Shown piece by piece: positions 52,032-63,525 of a DNA stretch of 64,000 bases. Made by a program: the position numbers and the translations under genes. Origin of the DNA: Yuukianura sp. NJ FZ-2021 (lineage: Eukaryota); assembly GCA_046563655.1 (NCBI GenBank), contig CM102289.1:1550001-1614000 (forward strand). The letters run 5' to 3'. The first letter of the stretch is position 1. The number at the start of each line of letters is the position of its first letter. Under the pieces are notes generated by a model. The model was not told the origin of the DNA, did no database searches, and saw only the letters and a program-made list of their open reading frames with translations.

Positions 52032-52580
52032 CTAAGAAGTATTAAAAACGTCAAGCTGTAAAAAACTGCAGTTTTTGAAAAAATTTTACTGAAATTTTGA
52101 AAACTTACCATAGATGATAGTCGGTTGTTTAATTTGTTCACCTCAGGAAATTTTAGACTCTATCCGCTCCTAAACACGACTAAAATAAAAGCAAATCCTA
52201 TTGTTGAAATTTTCAAAAAAATATTTTTAAAAAAGAATGGGAAAAGAAAAGGAAAACGAAAAGGTATAATGAGGTGCGTGCGGCTAAAAAAAAACTCCAA
52301 ACAATAACTTACAGACCGAAACATTTTTTCAAAATTTTAAAAACAAGTTTGTTTCCATAAATACAAGTAGAATAAATACAATTTATTTTACTTACAGATT
52401 CTGTATTTTTTTTTTTGGGTCTGGTATAAGAGAAATCATAATTTGTACAACACGGTGAAATTAAACCAATCCCAACAATTTAGTATAGAAAAATATTTCT
52501 AACATCAACGAAAAACGGTTTCACATTTAGAAAGAAATTTTTTTTACAAATTTCGTTTTTCGTAAATCCGTAAAATCTTT

Positions 52581-52875
52581 TTACATTTGTTTTCCCTCAT
52601 CAACTCGCCTGAGGCATATCCGAATTTCTTGAATTGGCAGCCTTACGTGTGAGCATTCCTCTGGCATTTGTTGTTGCGTTAAAGTTGTTGCTTCACTTTT
52701 GAAATCGATTGTCGCATTTCTGGAGCTACGCAGTCTACTTTCTAAAGGCTTGTTGCCATTGGTGGGAGTGTGTCTCTTTCGAATGTGATTCTCCATTCGC
52801 TTGGTAACTACAAAACGCACTGCGCAGAACGGACACTTGTGTGAATTGTGCCTAAGGTGAAGCCGTTTGTGGTTG
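52581..52875 (-). pseudogene. 3' remnant of a third zinc-finger paralog
   Basis: HKCPFCAVRF..H.RKRH and RLPIQEIRICLRRVDE; truncated by a duplicated block from the TPS-A 3' flank (~52876-53080). Confidence 0.75.
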
Positions 52876-53087
52876 ATTTTTGCTGTATATGCTTTTTATG
52901 CTTTAAAAGCAAAAAGTTGCTTTAAATGCTGCGGGAAGGAATGTGGCCGAAACCGACTAACTCGTAATTAACGTATTATACGTCAAAATAACCTTATACT
53001 TGTTAAATAATGTAACTAAAGTTGGTTTATGGCGGTTTTACCTTAGAAAACAATAAATTTGTCTTAAAAATGTCAATTAATTTTTTT

Positions 53088-53817
53088 TTAATCCAAACCA
53101 CGGCTATATGAAATTGAGTAAGCTCGACAAAAAAACCTGAAGTTTTGCAAATCTAATTTTTTAAAAAACGAGATTTATACATTTGTTGTAATGTCTTGCA
53201 AAAAAACGAGTGTTTTAGTTTTTTTATTATTTTTTTTCGTAGCTGACAAGTTCAAAGTCGGTCGACGCATCAAAATTGACCTTGCGATCAAACCAAGGTC
53301 ACCGTCTGGAATTCTGCTTGCTGTTCACGGCGAGACGGACTACATGGTACTTCAAATGGTCAACGGCACAATTAAATTTACAATTGACAACGGAAAAGCT
53401 CCATTGGCCTGCAGCTTCTCTACCCAAGCGTATGACTTATGCGATGGACGATGGCATACAATCCAAGGTAAAAATTTAAGTTTTATGAAAAATGTAGAAG
53501 ATATTCTAATTTTTCTTGAGTTTAAGCATTTGAAGTTTTGAATTTCAGCCTCCAAGTCCAAAAATGTAGTGACGCTGGGAATTGACGACACTTTTGCAAG
53601 TCCGGGAATTGGTCCGGGCGGATCCGATGCCACGGACACTGACAATCCTCTGTACTGGGGTGGACATCCGAACCCTGCTGGCAAACCGGGATTGGAAACA
53701 ACTGAACAATTGGTAGGGTGCATGCGCAATTTAGTCATTTATGGACGCAATGCGATCAAATATGACTACGAAGCCATGCAAGGAACAGTGGGTGTACATA
53801 CCTGTCAGAGTGATTAA
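53088..53817 (+). pseudogene. Laminin alpha LG5 duplicate (exon tail 53088-53117, exons 53243-53467, 53549-53817)
   Basis: Open frame and intact splice sites but no upstream laminin sequence. Confidence 0.85.
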
Positions 53818-54767
53818 AATTTGAAACACGGACACTGGTAGAAAGTTTGTCTATTTCAAAAATACGTTTTTTTTTGTTTTAAACACGTTTGAGAAACTTC
53901 TGTTCTGTAAAATAAATGTGTTCATATACAATCTCGGGTTTTGCTCCGCTTCGTTTATTACAAGCTACATTATGCATCATCCGTCTGTATGTATGCCCGT
54001 TGGTATGTCTCTGCAAACTGTTAGTCTCTAAAAACAACAAAGTTGTTCATCTCATCAAAATGGACAACTTTAATGTAAATCGTGAATTAAGTGTTATTGA
54101 TTTTAACATTTCTCAATCCTATTATCAGCTTTATTAGGTAGAAATGTCGGAATTGCTTTCCTTGGTTGTCAATTATTATTTGATTGGACTAAACGAGATC
54201 TCGAAAATTGGAAAGTTATACAATTTTAAAGATTAGCAGAAGTTAGGTTAAGTGTTTACTTTTTCAGTTTTATCAGATGTAAATGTGGCTTATATTTCAA
54301 TTATGTAGCAATCGTAACGAAGGTATGAGACGTAGCGACGACGATACTTCAGACTTTTAATGTTGTTTTCTGCTTTCAGAATAGCCTAATTGGCAGTGCA
54401 AAATTTAATCCGGCAATAACTGGAGTCATTTTTAATTCTAGTGCCTATGAAGTGAAAAATAATAGGTGTGCTTGACTTATATATTTAAAAAACGGTGAAT
54501 GGGGACAATTAGGAAGTAGAAAACGCGGTATCTAACTTGTATTGAAATCCATTTCGGATACAGCGGTTAAACAGGTGAAAACGTGGTAAATTTTTGTTGT
54601 TGAAATAGCAAATTTCTCACACTTTTCTTTTATTTTTTGTTATACTACTCGGTTGCACATTTTGTTGTAAGTGTTGGTAGTGTTACTACAACTATTATTA
54701 TTCGCTAAATTCAGGTAATAGACGAATCATAAATAGGTATCAAAAAATCATTGTATTAAATTTCGTA

Positions 54768-56011
54768 ATGCAGAAAAGGCTTAAGTTATGTGTGAAGTTG
54801 TTGTACATGTGGGCAGGAGTTCTGAATTATGTCCCTGTTCAGTACAACTTTGGACGTGACAAACCTGATACTTTAGTTCACTCCGTCCAAAAATTGCCAT
54901 TAGTATGCAGAATCTTCGGAATATTTTCAACACTTGTTGCAGGTTTGTTTATTTCTTACTTGTACTACGAAGTAGTATTTGGACCTACAACAGAAATGGA
55001 AAAAATATTTGCCATTGGGTTGAACAACATCCTTAACATATTTCACATAACACAATATGTTATACTCATCCCAACTTCTAGAAACCGATGTATTAACGTT
55101 GTCAACGTTGCTCTGGATACCATGTTCCACTTGTCAAAAAAATTGCCGCTCTTTTATGAAATAATCTGCTACATCTGCTCATTCGATTCGGTCATGTATC
55201 CATTCTTGTTCGGTCCAATATTATATTCAGTGTCATGGACATTTCCTGGGCTTTTCGCTTCATTTCACAACGGAATGTCGGCCATTGCTTCACAACTTAG
55301 CACTCCAGAATCTGTTGCCTTTCCCTGGATTTTTAGCTCATGTAAATTTAGTCTTATATTCATTGTTACAATCGGATTGGGGCATTCAGCCATCAGTTGT
55401 ATGGTTTTCGGTCACTGGATATTTACATATTTATTTACAACTATTCAAAGTTTAAAAGATCTCAGTCGGTAAGAAAGTTTCAAATCAAGAGGTGGTACGG
55501 AAAGTACAGCTTATTTTTAATTGACAGTAAACCAAGCTTAGATACGGATGGGAATCGCCTGCTGGGACACATTTCAGAGGCGCATATGTCGTATTTGAAG
55601 CACAAGGTGGCTGCTGAAGCATTTCGAGTAGCATTTGAAGATGCAACTTCGTTAGTCACACTGAACCTTCTCATGATCGTTATCATTACAACTTTTTTTA
55701 CAATCAGGAGTTCTGGTTATCCATTCGTGATCGTATTTACTATGGCTTTTGCTGATTTTGTTTGTGTAGTTGCAGCAAATTTGATTATTAGTCTTTCAAC
55801 AAACCAGCATATTCTGTCTAACGATTTCATTCAAATTGCTCGTCGTCATGCCCGAGAACACTCAAAATTCGATTCAAAATTTTGGAAAGGAATGACTCCG
55901 CTACAAATCCACGTTGGAACGGCGGCCTCTTTTGAAACTAGGGAATTCATTTTGTTCATTTGGGCTCAAGTGGTTGTGGGCTCCATTATAAACCTTCTCC
56001 TTGCATTTTGA
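54768..56011 (+). CDS. Gustatory/odorant-receptor-like 7TM protein copy 4; exons 54768-55468, 55528-56011
   Basis: Intact spliced ORF paralogous to copies 2 and 3. Confidence 0.75.
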
Positions 56012-56427
56012 ATAGAATGAGAGAATCTTCTTTCTCTAAATAAAAGTTGTGTTATGCATGCAAATATTTCTGTCTCTTAGTAAGCTTCATGTTTGAAATT
56101 GAAAGTAATAAATGACAATCTGCAAAATTAGATTATCGAAACTACCAGTTTTACACTTTATTAAGATGAAAATTATTGTCGTGTTTTAACTACTTGCCTT
56201 AAGGTTTTCTATAACATTATTTAAAAACTATCTATAAAAACGTGTTCTGAAACTCCACGTCCATGGGCTACTTATTCTCACTGTTGCTTGACATCAATTG
56301 ACCTCTAAAAATGGCAGAGGTCAAAGTCCAGAATATTCTCACCACAATTCTTTACGGAGAGAATTATATATTATTCAGTATTACAGTATTCAAATTTTTG
56401 ATATCAGCTCATCTGTTTTCACTTTAA

Positions 56428-56999
56428 GGACGGGTAATAGGCAACGTTTGTTTACGATTTGGTGTCAGCCATTGCCGTTAGTAACAAAGCAAAATCACTG
56501 CTCAAACGTACGAAAGTCGGCACTTTTTTGAATGGTTGACGAATCAAAGTTTTCAAAGTACAACATTTCAAATAATCTGGGACTCAACAATCACAGTGTT
56601 CCCATGGAGACGGCTAATTTCAGTGCCGACTTTTGCTAATTTGCAAATTACTATAGAATTTCATCTACTTTTGCTAATTAGATGTTCATTATAAGACCTA
56701 GAAATGCGTTTGAGGTGTCTAAAAATCCGGAAGACCATGGCGCTTAAGTCGCCTTGACCAAATTCCCGAATTTTGGTATCATTCGACGCGTATAAAAAAT
56801 TGAACCTTGTATTCAATTTTTAGTATCACTTTACAACTAAAATTCAAGTTCGGTTCAATGCTCTGTATGCTACAGATAATGACGAATTTTTAGAGCCATT
56901 GTACACATTTCTACGATATACCTGTGAATTCTAATTAGACGTTAAAGTTAATTAATTTCAGGCGAAACGAGACACCCCGTTGCCATGTGTGATTCCTTC
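56428..56999. mobile_element. Non-autonomous TTAA-targeting element (Kolobok-like)
   Basis: TTAA at both ends (56424-56427, 57000-57003); single TTAA at the paralogous empty site ~22047; subterminal GGCAACG/CGTTGCC inverted motif. Confidence 0.7.
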
Positions 57000-57655
57000 T
57001 TAATGAGTTGTTGGACAGTATCGTTAGTAGGTGATTTCTCATAAGACTTTGGGGACAATTGCTGAATGATTGATATTACTCTCACAAAACTACAAGAAAC
57101 ACTTCTCGCATTAGCGTAAGCTGGAAAATGTGACATAAATCTTTTATTTTGCGAAAACTGGACGCTTCATCCAGAAAGCATAGGTTTTCTGGAGGACATT
57201 CGTGAAACCATCGTATTTTTGCCATAGATTAAATTTTACTTTTCACTACCAACAAGAAGTAGAAATTAAAATGAAAAACTTGCACGTTTTTAATTTGAAT
57301 TGCGTCCTTGCGGGAAATGAGCTTTTAGAAGTTTGAACTGTCTTTGTTTTTACTTCTTGACGTTTTTAGTTTATTGTGTATTGTTTATTAGGAAGGTGAA
57401 AATTTGTCAAATACAATCGGATGACGCAAATGAAATAGTTCGACTAATCGAATAAAGTCCGATTTGTTCGCATAAAAATCACCGTCACTTAATCTAATTA
57501 GACTTACAGTTGCAAACAAAAGGAAGTCAAAACATACAGGGAGATCAATTGTAGTTCAACTGGCAGTATTGTAAGCTACAAACTAACTTATTTGGAAAAA
57601 AATCTAACACATTGAAGGCTTCTTTGGAACCCAAAATTTTAAAGAATTTTTCAAA

Positions 57656-58930
57656 ATGTTGGCCGACACATCTCACTTCTTAGATGAGAAAGGTAAATGC
57701 ATTTGCATAATTAGAAAAATCGCAGAAATTCCACAAGTGTAACAACCCTTTTTTTTCTCGGTTTTTAAAAAATTTGGAAATTTTTTAGTAGGAACCTGGT
57801 TTTGCTCTCCGCTGAAATCTGAACTTTTTGTTTACGTTAGCAGAGCCACTTTCTGAGGAGTCAGTTGCTCCCCCAAAAGTTGTTTATGATTTTGGTGAAT
57901 TGGTGGATCCAAACCATGGGCCACGGCATGTCAAGGGCGAGTACTTCCCGATTAATCCAAAATACAAACGCCCAACTCTGACTCCGGAAGAACTGGACTC
58001 GATGAAAGCCGACGTGCACAACTGGTTCAGCACTTTTTTGATTCAACTGGCAAATCAACATATTTCGACAACTTGGTTGAAGCAAGTTCAGTGGCGACAC
58101 CGTACCTCAACCCATTTGTACCCATCGACAGTCCACAAATGAAACTGCTCAATTACTGGTACTTGTGGATGTGGATTATGGACGAAAAGTTGGAATCAGC
58201 CGTAGCAAACAGAGTTCCTGTCAAAACACTCTGCGCAGGAATGATGCAGTTGATGGACGTTTTGGAAAAGGATGCAACAGTTTATACCGAAGTTGAAAAC
58301 TTTTCAGATTTTCGTCGTTTATTTCACGCTCTTGTGGATCTAAAAAGTCGCTGCAGGGAACTGATTCCCGACTGGGAGAAAACCAGAAGACCATTTTGCA
58401 AATACTTGCGCAAAATACTGGAAACTACACGATGGACAGTAGTTAAACCAATTGACCATCAGTATTCTGAAGAAATGTTCCAGTATTACAGAAAACTCAT
58501 GACATTCGCCGATCTAGTTATAGAGTCTGTTTGGATTTTTATTGGAAATTTACTTCCTGCTGAAATATTGCGAGCGCCTTCGTTCAGACAACTTTTGGAC
58601 ATTTCGAGCTCCATAGCTGGAAGTATTAATGACTTGTTGGGAATGAAAAAAGAATTTGAAAATGGAGAGTTTGACAACATGATTTGTTTCAAGGTTTTTC
58701 AAAAAGGAATTCCAGTGGACGTGGCTGCCCAAAGCGTGTTGTCTACAATTCAAAATGACCAGGCAGACTACTTGCTTCTGCGTGAAAGCATCTTGGAGGA
58801 ATTCGACCATCATCCAGATTTAGTCAAATATTTGCATGTCGCAGATTCGTTTTTATTTGGAGTTAATCAGTTCTATGCACAGTCACGGCGCCACCGTGGC
58901 ATTAAGTGTATTAAATTAATCAATAGATGA
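57656..58930 (+). pseudogene. Terpene synthase B copy 2; exons 57656-57692, 57841-58930; 1-bp deletion in a T run at 58034-58039 (pseudogene or assembly error)
   Basis: T6 vs T7 in copy B1; otherwise open with DEKLE, NDLLGMKKE, RRH. Confidence 0.8.
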
Positions 58931-59343
58931 GTAATCTCCTCAAAACAATGCTGGCTATGTTACATTTACTGTTAGAACACTTTCTTCTGTCATGGGATTT
59001 GTTAATTCATGATATGTTCCATCTATTTCGTTAACAATTATTATTCAAAAACTAATTCAGTCCAAATAATTAAATTTAAAAATGTAACAATTTGGATGCC
59101 GACACTTTTGTTTCACTTTTTTCAGAATTTTTTTCACTGCCAATCCAATTCGTTGAAACCAATCTTCATGATTTGGTTCAAGTAAATATACTATTTATAC
59201 AATGATACCCGACCAAAATCAGCCGCAAGGTTCCTGTAGCAGCGAAATAGTTTTTCCTTTTTTCTTCTTTAGTTGTCTCTTCTCACCCAATATTGAAAAT
59301 TTTCAATTTTTATTTGTGAACCTAACCTGAAAAAAATTTGTAT

Positions 59344-59439
59344 GGAACTGCGGCAACTTTTGAAACTAGGGAATTCATTTCGTTCATTTGGGCTCAAGTG
59401 GTTGTGGGCTCTATTATGAACCTTCTCCTTGCGTTTTGA
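59344..59439 (+). pseudogene. 3'-terminal receptor fragment (duplicate of 24214-24309)
   Basis: Same fragment at the same position behind TPS-B. Confidence 0.85.
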
Positions 59440-59882
59440 ACAGAATCACAATCTTCTTTGTTTAAATAAAAGTAGTGGCACACATGCAAATATTTCTGTC
59501 TCTTAGTAAGCTTCATGTTTGAAATTTAAAGTAATAAATGACAACCTGCAAAATTAGATTATCGAAACTACCAATTTTATATTTTATTCGTAACATGAAA
59601 ATTATTGTCTTGTTTTAACTACTTAAATTACGATGCTCATTTTTGAAATTGGAGTAAAAAAAAAATTTTTTTCGAATACCTCCATAGGCCACTTAATGCA
59701 AATTGTGCTGGAAGCTGGACATACAGCACAGATTGGTTTCTAAATTTAAAAAAGTGGGAGATTCTACGTAGATTTCACGTAGTAATTTAGTGAAAAATAG
59801 TTTCACAATTTCACAAAACTTGTCATTTTCGGAGAACGTAATCATTAAAACTTCCACTGACTTTCCACTAACAACGTCCTTA

Positions 59883-60056
59883 AAGCCCAATTTATACTTT
59901 TCGTTTCCTTGACGTTGCCCAGGCAAAAGTTTGTCGTAGTTCACGATTTTAATAAAATTTTCATTACGTTTGTATTTAAAATTCCGTTGTTATAGACGCC
60001 TACGACAAACTTTTTCCTGGCAACGTCAGGGAAACGAAAAGTATAAATTGGGCTTA
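59883..60056. mobile_element. Short hairpin MITE
   Basis: ~57-bp inverted repeat AAGCCCAATTTATACTTTTCGTTTCC...GTCGTAG / CTACGAC...GGAAACGAAAAGTATAAATTGGGCTT. Confidence 0.75.
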
Positions 60057-61169
60057 AAGAAGCTATCCATTTATTTAAATGGTTTGCCTAAACTTTATGC
60101 AGAAAGGTGGTTGTTAAGGGAATAAAAGCATCAAAAATAAAGTATCGCCAGAAAGTTCGTCATGTCTGTTTGTCTCTCCATCCCTCTGTCAGGTCAACAA
60201 TATTCTGCACCGGAATTCTTTATAATTGATCTGACTGCACTTAAATTGCATTTTCCAGAAGTTTATTAAACTTGTTAGTTTATTAAAGTTGTGACACTGT
60301 TTGGACACGATTGGCAAACACTGACCAACAAGGTAGATGATGCTATTATTGCTACGTTCCACGAGCCGTTGTTTGAAACGTTTGGTGTGGCGGATTGTTT
60401 GTTCTTAATTTTTATTTAACAACGCCTCCTTCCTTCAATTGTTCGATGAAGTACAAAGCAGATTTCTCCAACATAAATAAGCTGGGCTCCGTCTTCAGTA
60501 AGCCGGGGAAAGACATCACGGATGATGAACACTTTTAAACGGGACTATTTCAGTTGGAGGAATTTACTTTGTAGTTCATCGAAGGGTTGCACAAAGGAAA
60601 AGTTAAATAAAAATTAAAAACAAACAATCCACCCCACCAAAGAATTTCACAAGAACCAATTAAACTACTACTCTTGAGACTACCGTAGTATGCGATGGTC
60701 GCAATTTGGTTAGTTTTCTTGGGCAAACAATATGAGAAAGTAAATGTTTTTTTCCTAGAAATAATTGAATATATCAGATTTCGTTTTCACGGCTCTTTAA
60801 AAAGCAACAACTCCTGTTTCAGAAAGTCGTACAGCATTTGCAAAAACAGTGAGAACGACGGATCAAAATTACAAGGCTTCTACTGTGTTGGCATCGAAGA
60901 TACTGGCGCCTTTAACTCCTGGAAAGGAACAATAAAAATCATTTTAATGTGTTATAGTAATTATATAAAATAATTATATTAAAATTATATTATATTATAT
61001 CATAACCTTATTATAATAATACTTCTATAAAACAAATCAGTTTAATATTTATTAAGGCTGATCTTAATATATGCTAACCATTCAGGGTATTGCGAACACA
61101 ATTCTACCATTACCGAATTATGTCTGAACATATACTTAGGTAAGGAGTTGCCAACTTTGATTATACCTC

Positions 61170-61462
61170 TACTAAGCTACAATTTATTAGTAAAAGTTAA
61201 TTAGTCTAGTAGGCTACAGTTTGCTTAAAAAAAAAGGTTAATTACTCGATCAGTCTATAATTCACTAAAAAAAAGTAATTTTACTCCAGCAGTCTGCAAT
61301 TTACTGAAAGAAGTTAATTACTTTAGCAGGCTATAATTTAGTAAAAAAAAAGGTTAATTACTCCAGCAGTTTGCATTTACTAAAAAAAAAGATTAATTAC
61401 GCTAAGGTTATAATTTACACAAAAAAAGGTTATTCATAGTTGACTACAATTTACTAAAAAAA
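61170..61462. repeat. Degenerate ~38-41-bp tandem repeat
   Basis: Recurrent AAAAGGTTAATTACTCCAGCAGTCTACAATTTACT-like unit, about 7 copies. Confidence 0.7.
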
Positions 61463-61919
61463 ACTTTTAACAAGTTTTTCAAGCTTGTAATCTTTTAATA
61501 ACATATCATAAAGTTATAATTACCTTAGACTTACTACCCGCTAGGAAAGAAAATGTATTTTTAAATACCTTGCATAAGCCAAGATTAAGAAATTTTTATG
61601 TATATAATACGAAGTTCTCCATAAACCAACTTCAAACAACCGCCAAGCTAGAAAAAAAACAACTTTTTAAGTTGGAAAAAAGTTTCATTATACAAATTCT
61701 GGAATCAAACACAAAAATTTAGTTAACTTCGGACAAAATAGAAAGCACTGTTTTCTGAATGTTTGAATTTGTATTTGATTGAATTTCAGTCAAGGAGCAT
61801 TTAGAATACGTGTATAGCTAAGGTATAACGTGAACCGTCAAATTTAAAAACGTTCTAATTCTTCCTGTTACCGCTAATAGACAATTTTTTGTCCACTAAC
61901 ACATAAAAATTAAGGCATT

Positions 61920-63525
61920 ATGAAGGATCAAACGAATTTGTGGGTAAGACTAATGTATAATTGGATGAGTTATATGCGCTACGTACCGATAACATACCAT
62001 TTTCGACAAGGACAGCCTGATACTATTGTTTACACTAAAAACAAGATAGGTTACAAAGTGTTGGCAGTATTTTCCATTGTTGCTTTTGGGACACTTATGA
62101 CATCTTATTACTACGAAGCCGTTTTTGGCGCTACAACAAAATTTGAAAAGATAATCGCTGTTGGCATAAACTGCATTTATAATATAATGTTTATGTCACA
62201 ATGGGTTCTGCTTCTACGTACTACACGACAGCGGTGCATCAACGTCACAAATATATCTCTCCATGCAAAGTTCCATTTGTCCAAAAACTTACCGCGCTCT
62301 TATGAAATAATATGTTTCCTTCTCAGTACAGCAACAATGTATTATCCGTTTCTATTCCTGCCATACGTATACGCTGCCTCATGGGCATTACCTGGCCTTT
62401 TCACAACAATTCACAGTATACTCGCATTTGCCGCATCACAATTTAGCATTCCGGAGTCTACAGCGTACGTCTGGCTATTCAACATATTCCGATTTATTGC
62501 CTTTTCTAGTATTGCAACCGGCATCGGTCAAGCTGTAGTCAATGCTGCTGTGCTGTTTCACTGGATCTTTATATATTTGTTCACAATGAAGCAACTATTG
62601 ATGGATCTCCGTTTGGCCGGGTACGCCAAGGTTGCTATAGCAACAAAATACTTTTGCTTTAAAAGGTTTGGCTGTAAGTCCTGTTTTCGGAAAATCTCGC
62701 CCTAAACAATTTTTTCTACCTTTTCGTTTTTTTTCTACCTTTGACTCCTTTTCTACTTTGAATTCGCCGATTCAAAAGCCATCTTTCCTAATTTTTTAAT
62801 TTTGTTTACCATACCAAGCGCAATTGAACATAGGTGAATTCAGTATTGAAAACTTTTCGCAAAAAACTTAAAACTCAAGTTATTGCCTAAGCTGTTAAAG
62901 AAAAAGTATTTTTTTGTTTATCCACTTTGGGGTAGGTCGAGTACAAGTTTGTCCTACAGTTATTGCTTATAAAATAAAGAACTATTTTTGTAAGTTTTAA
63001 ATAAATTTTGACCATTTTTTATTTTTTTTTTATAGTGAAGAACGCCAGGAGGAAGAAGGCAATTGTGTTGGAGGTCAAACATATAAAGATACGCTGGAGT
63101 ATTTGAAAGTTAAAGTAGCCGGTAAAGCATTTGAGGTAGCTTTTGTCGGTATAATCACTGTAATTGCAATCAATATTTTGACGGCTGTTGTTGTTCTCTC
63201 ATTTTTCGCAATTCGTGCCAGCGGTGACTACCCATTTCCGATAGTTGCTGTTTTTCTTAGTGCCGATTTTCTTTGCATCATATGTGCAGCGCTTCTTTTG
63301 TCTATTGCAACTGATCAGCACCTTTTGTGTAAAAGTTTAATTGAACTAGCTTGTCACCAAGCAAGAAAATCCCGCGCAGAATTCAAATCAAAGTTCTGGA
63401 GAAGCATGACTCCATTACGCATCGTCATTGGAGGGTTTTCGTCGCTGGAGACAAGAGAATTCGTTTTGTTCGTGTGGGCGGAAGTAGTTATTTCTCAAAT
63501 TATAAATCTCCTCTTAGCATTTTAG
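61920..63525 (+). CDS. Divergent gustatory/odorant-receptor-like 7TM protein 5; exons 61920-62620, 63036-63525
   Basis: Shares RCINV.N, HLSK.LP..YEII and SKFW..MTPLRI..G....ETREF..F.WA.VV...IINLLLAF with copies 1-4; similarly placed phase-2 intron. Confidence 0.75.

Noticed and set aside
60060..60973. Possible gene in the unique region before receptor 5
   Set aside because: No consistent spliced frame or recognisable motif found by eye
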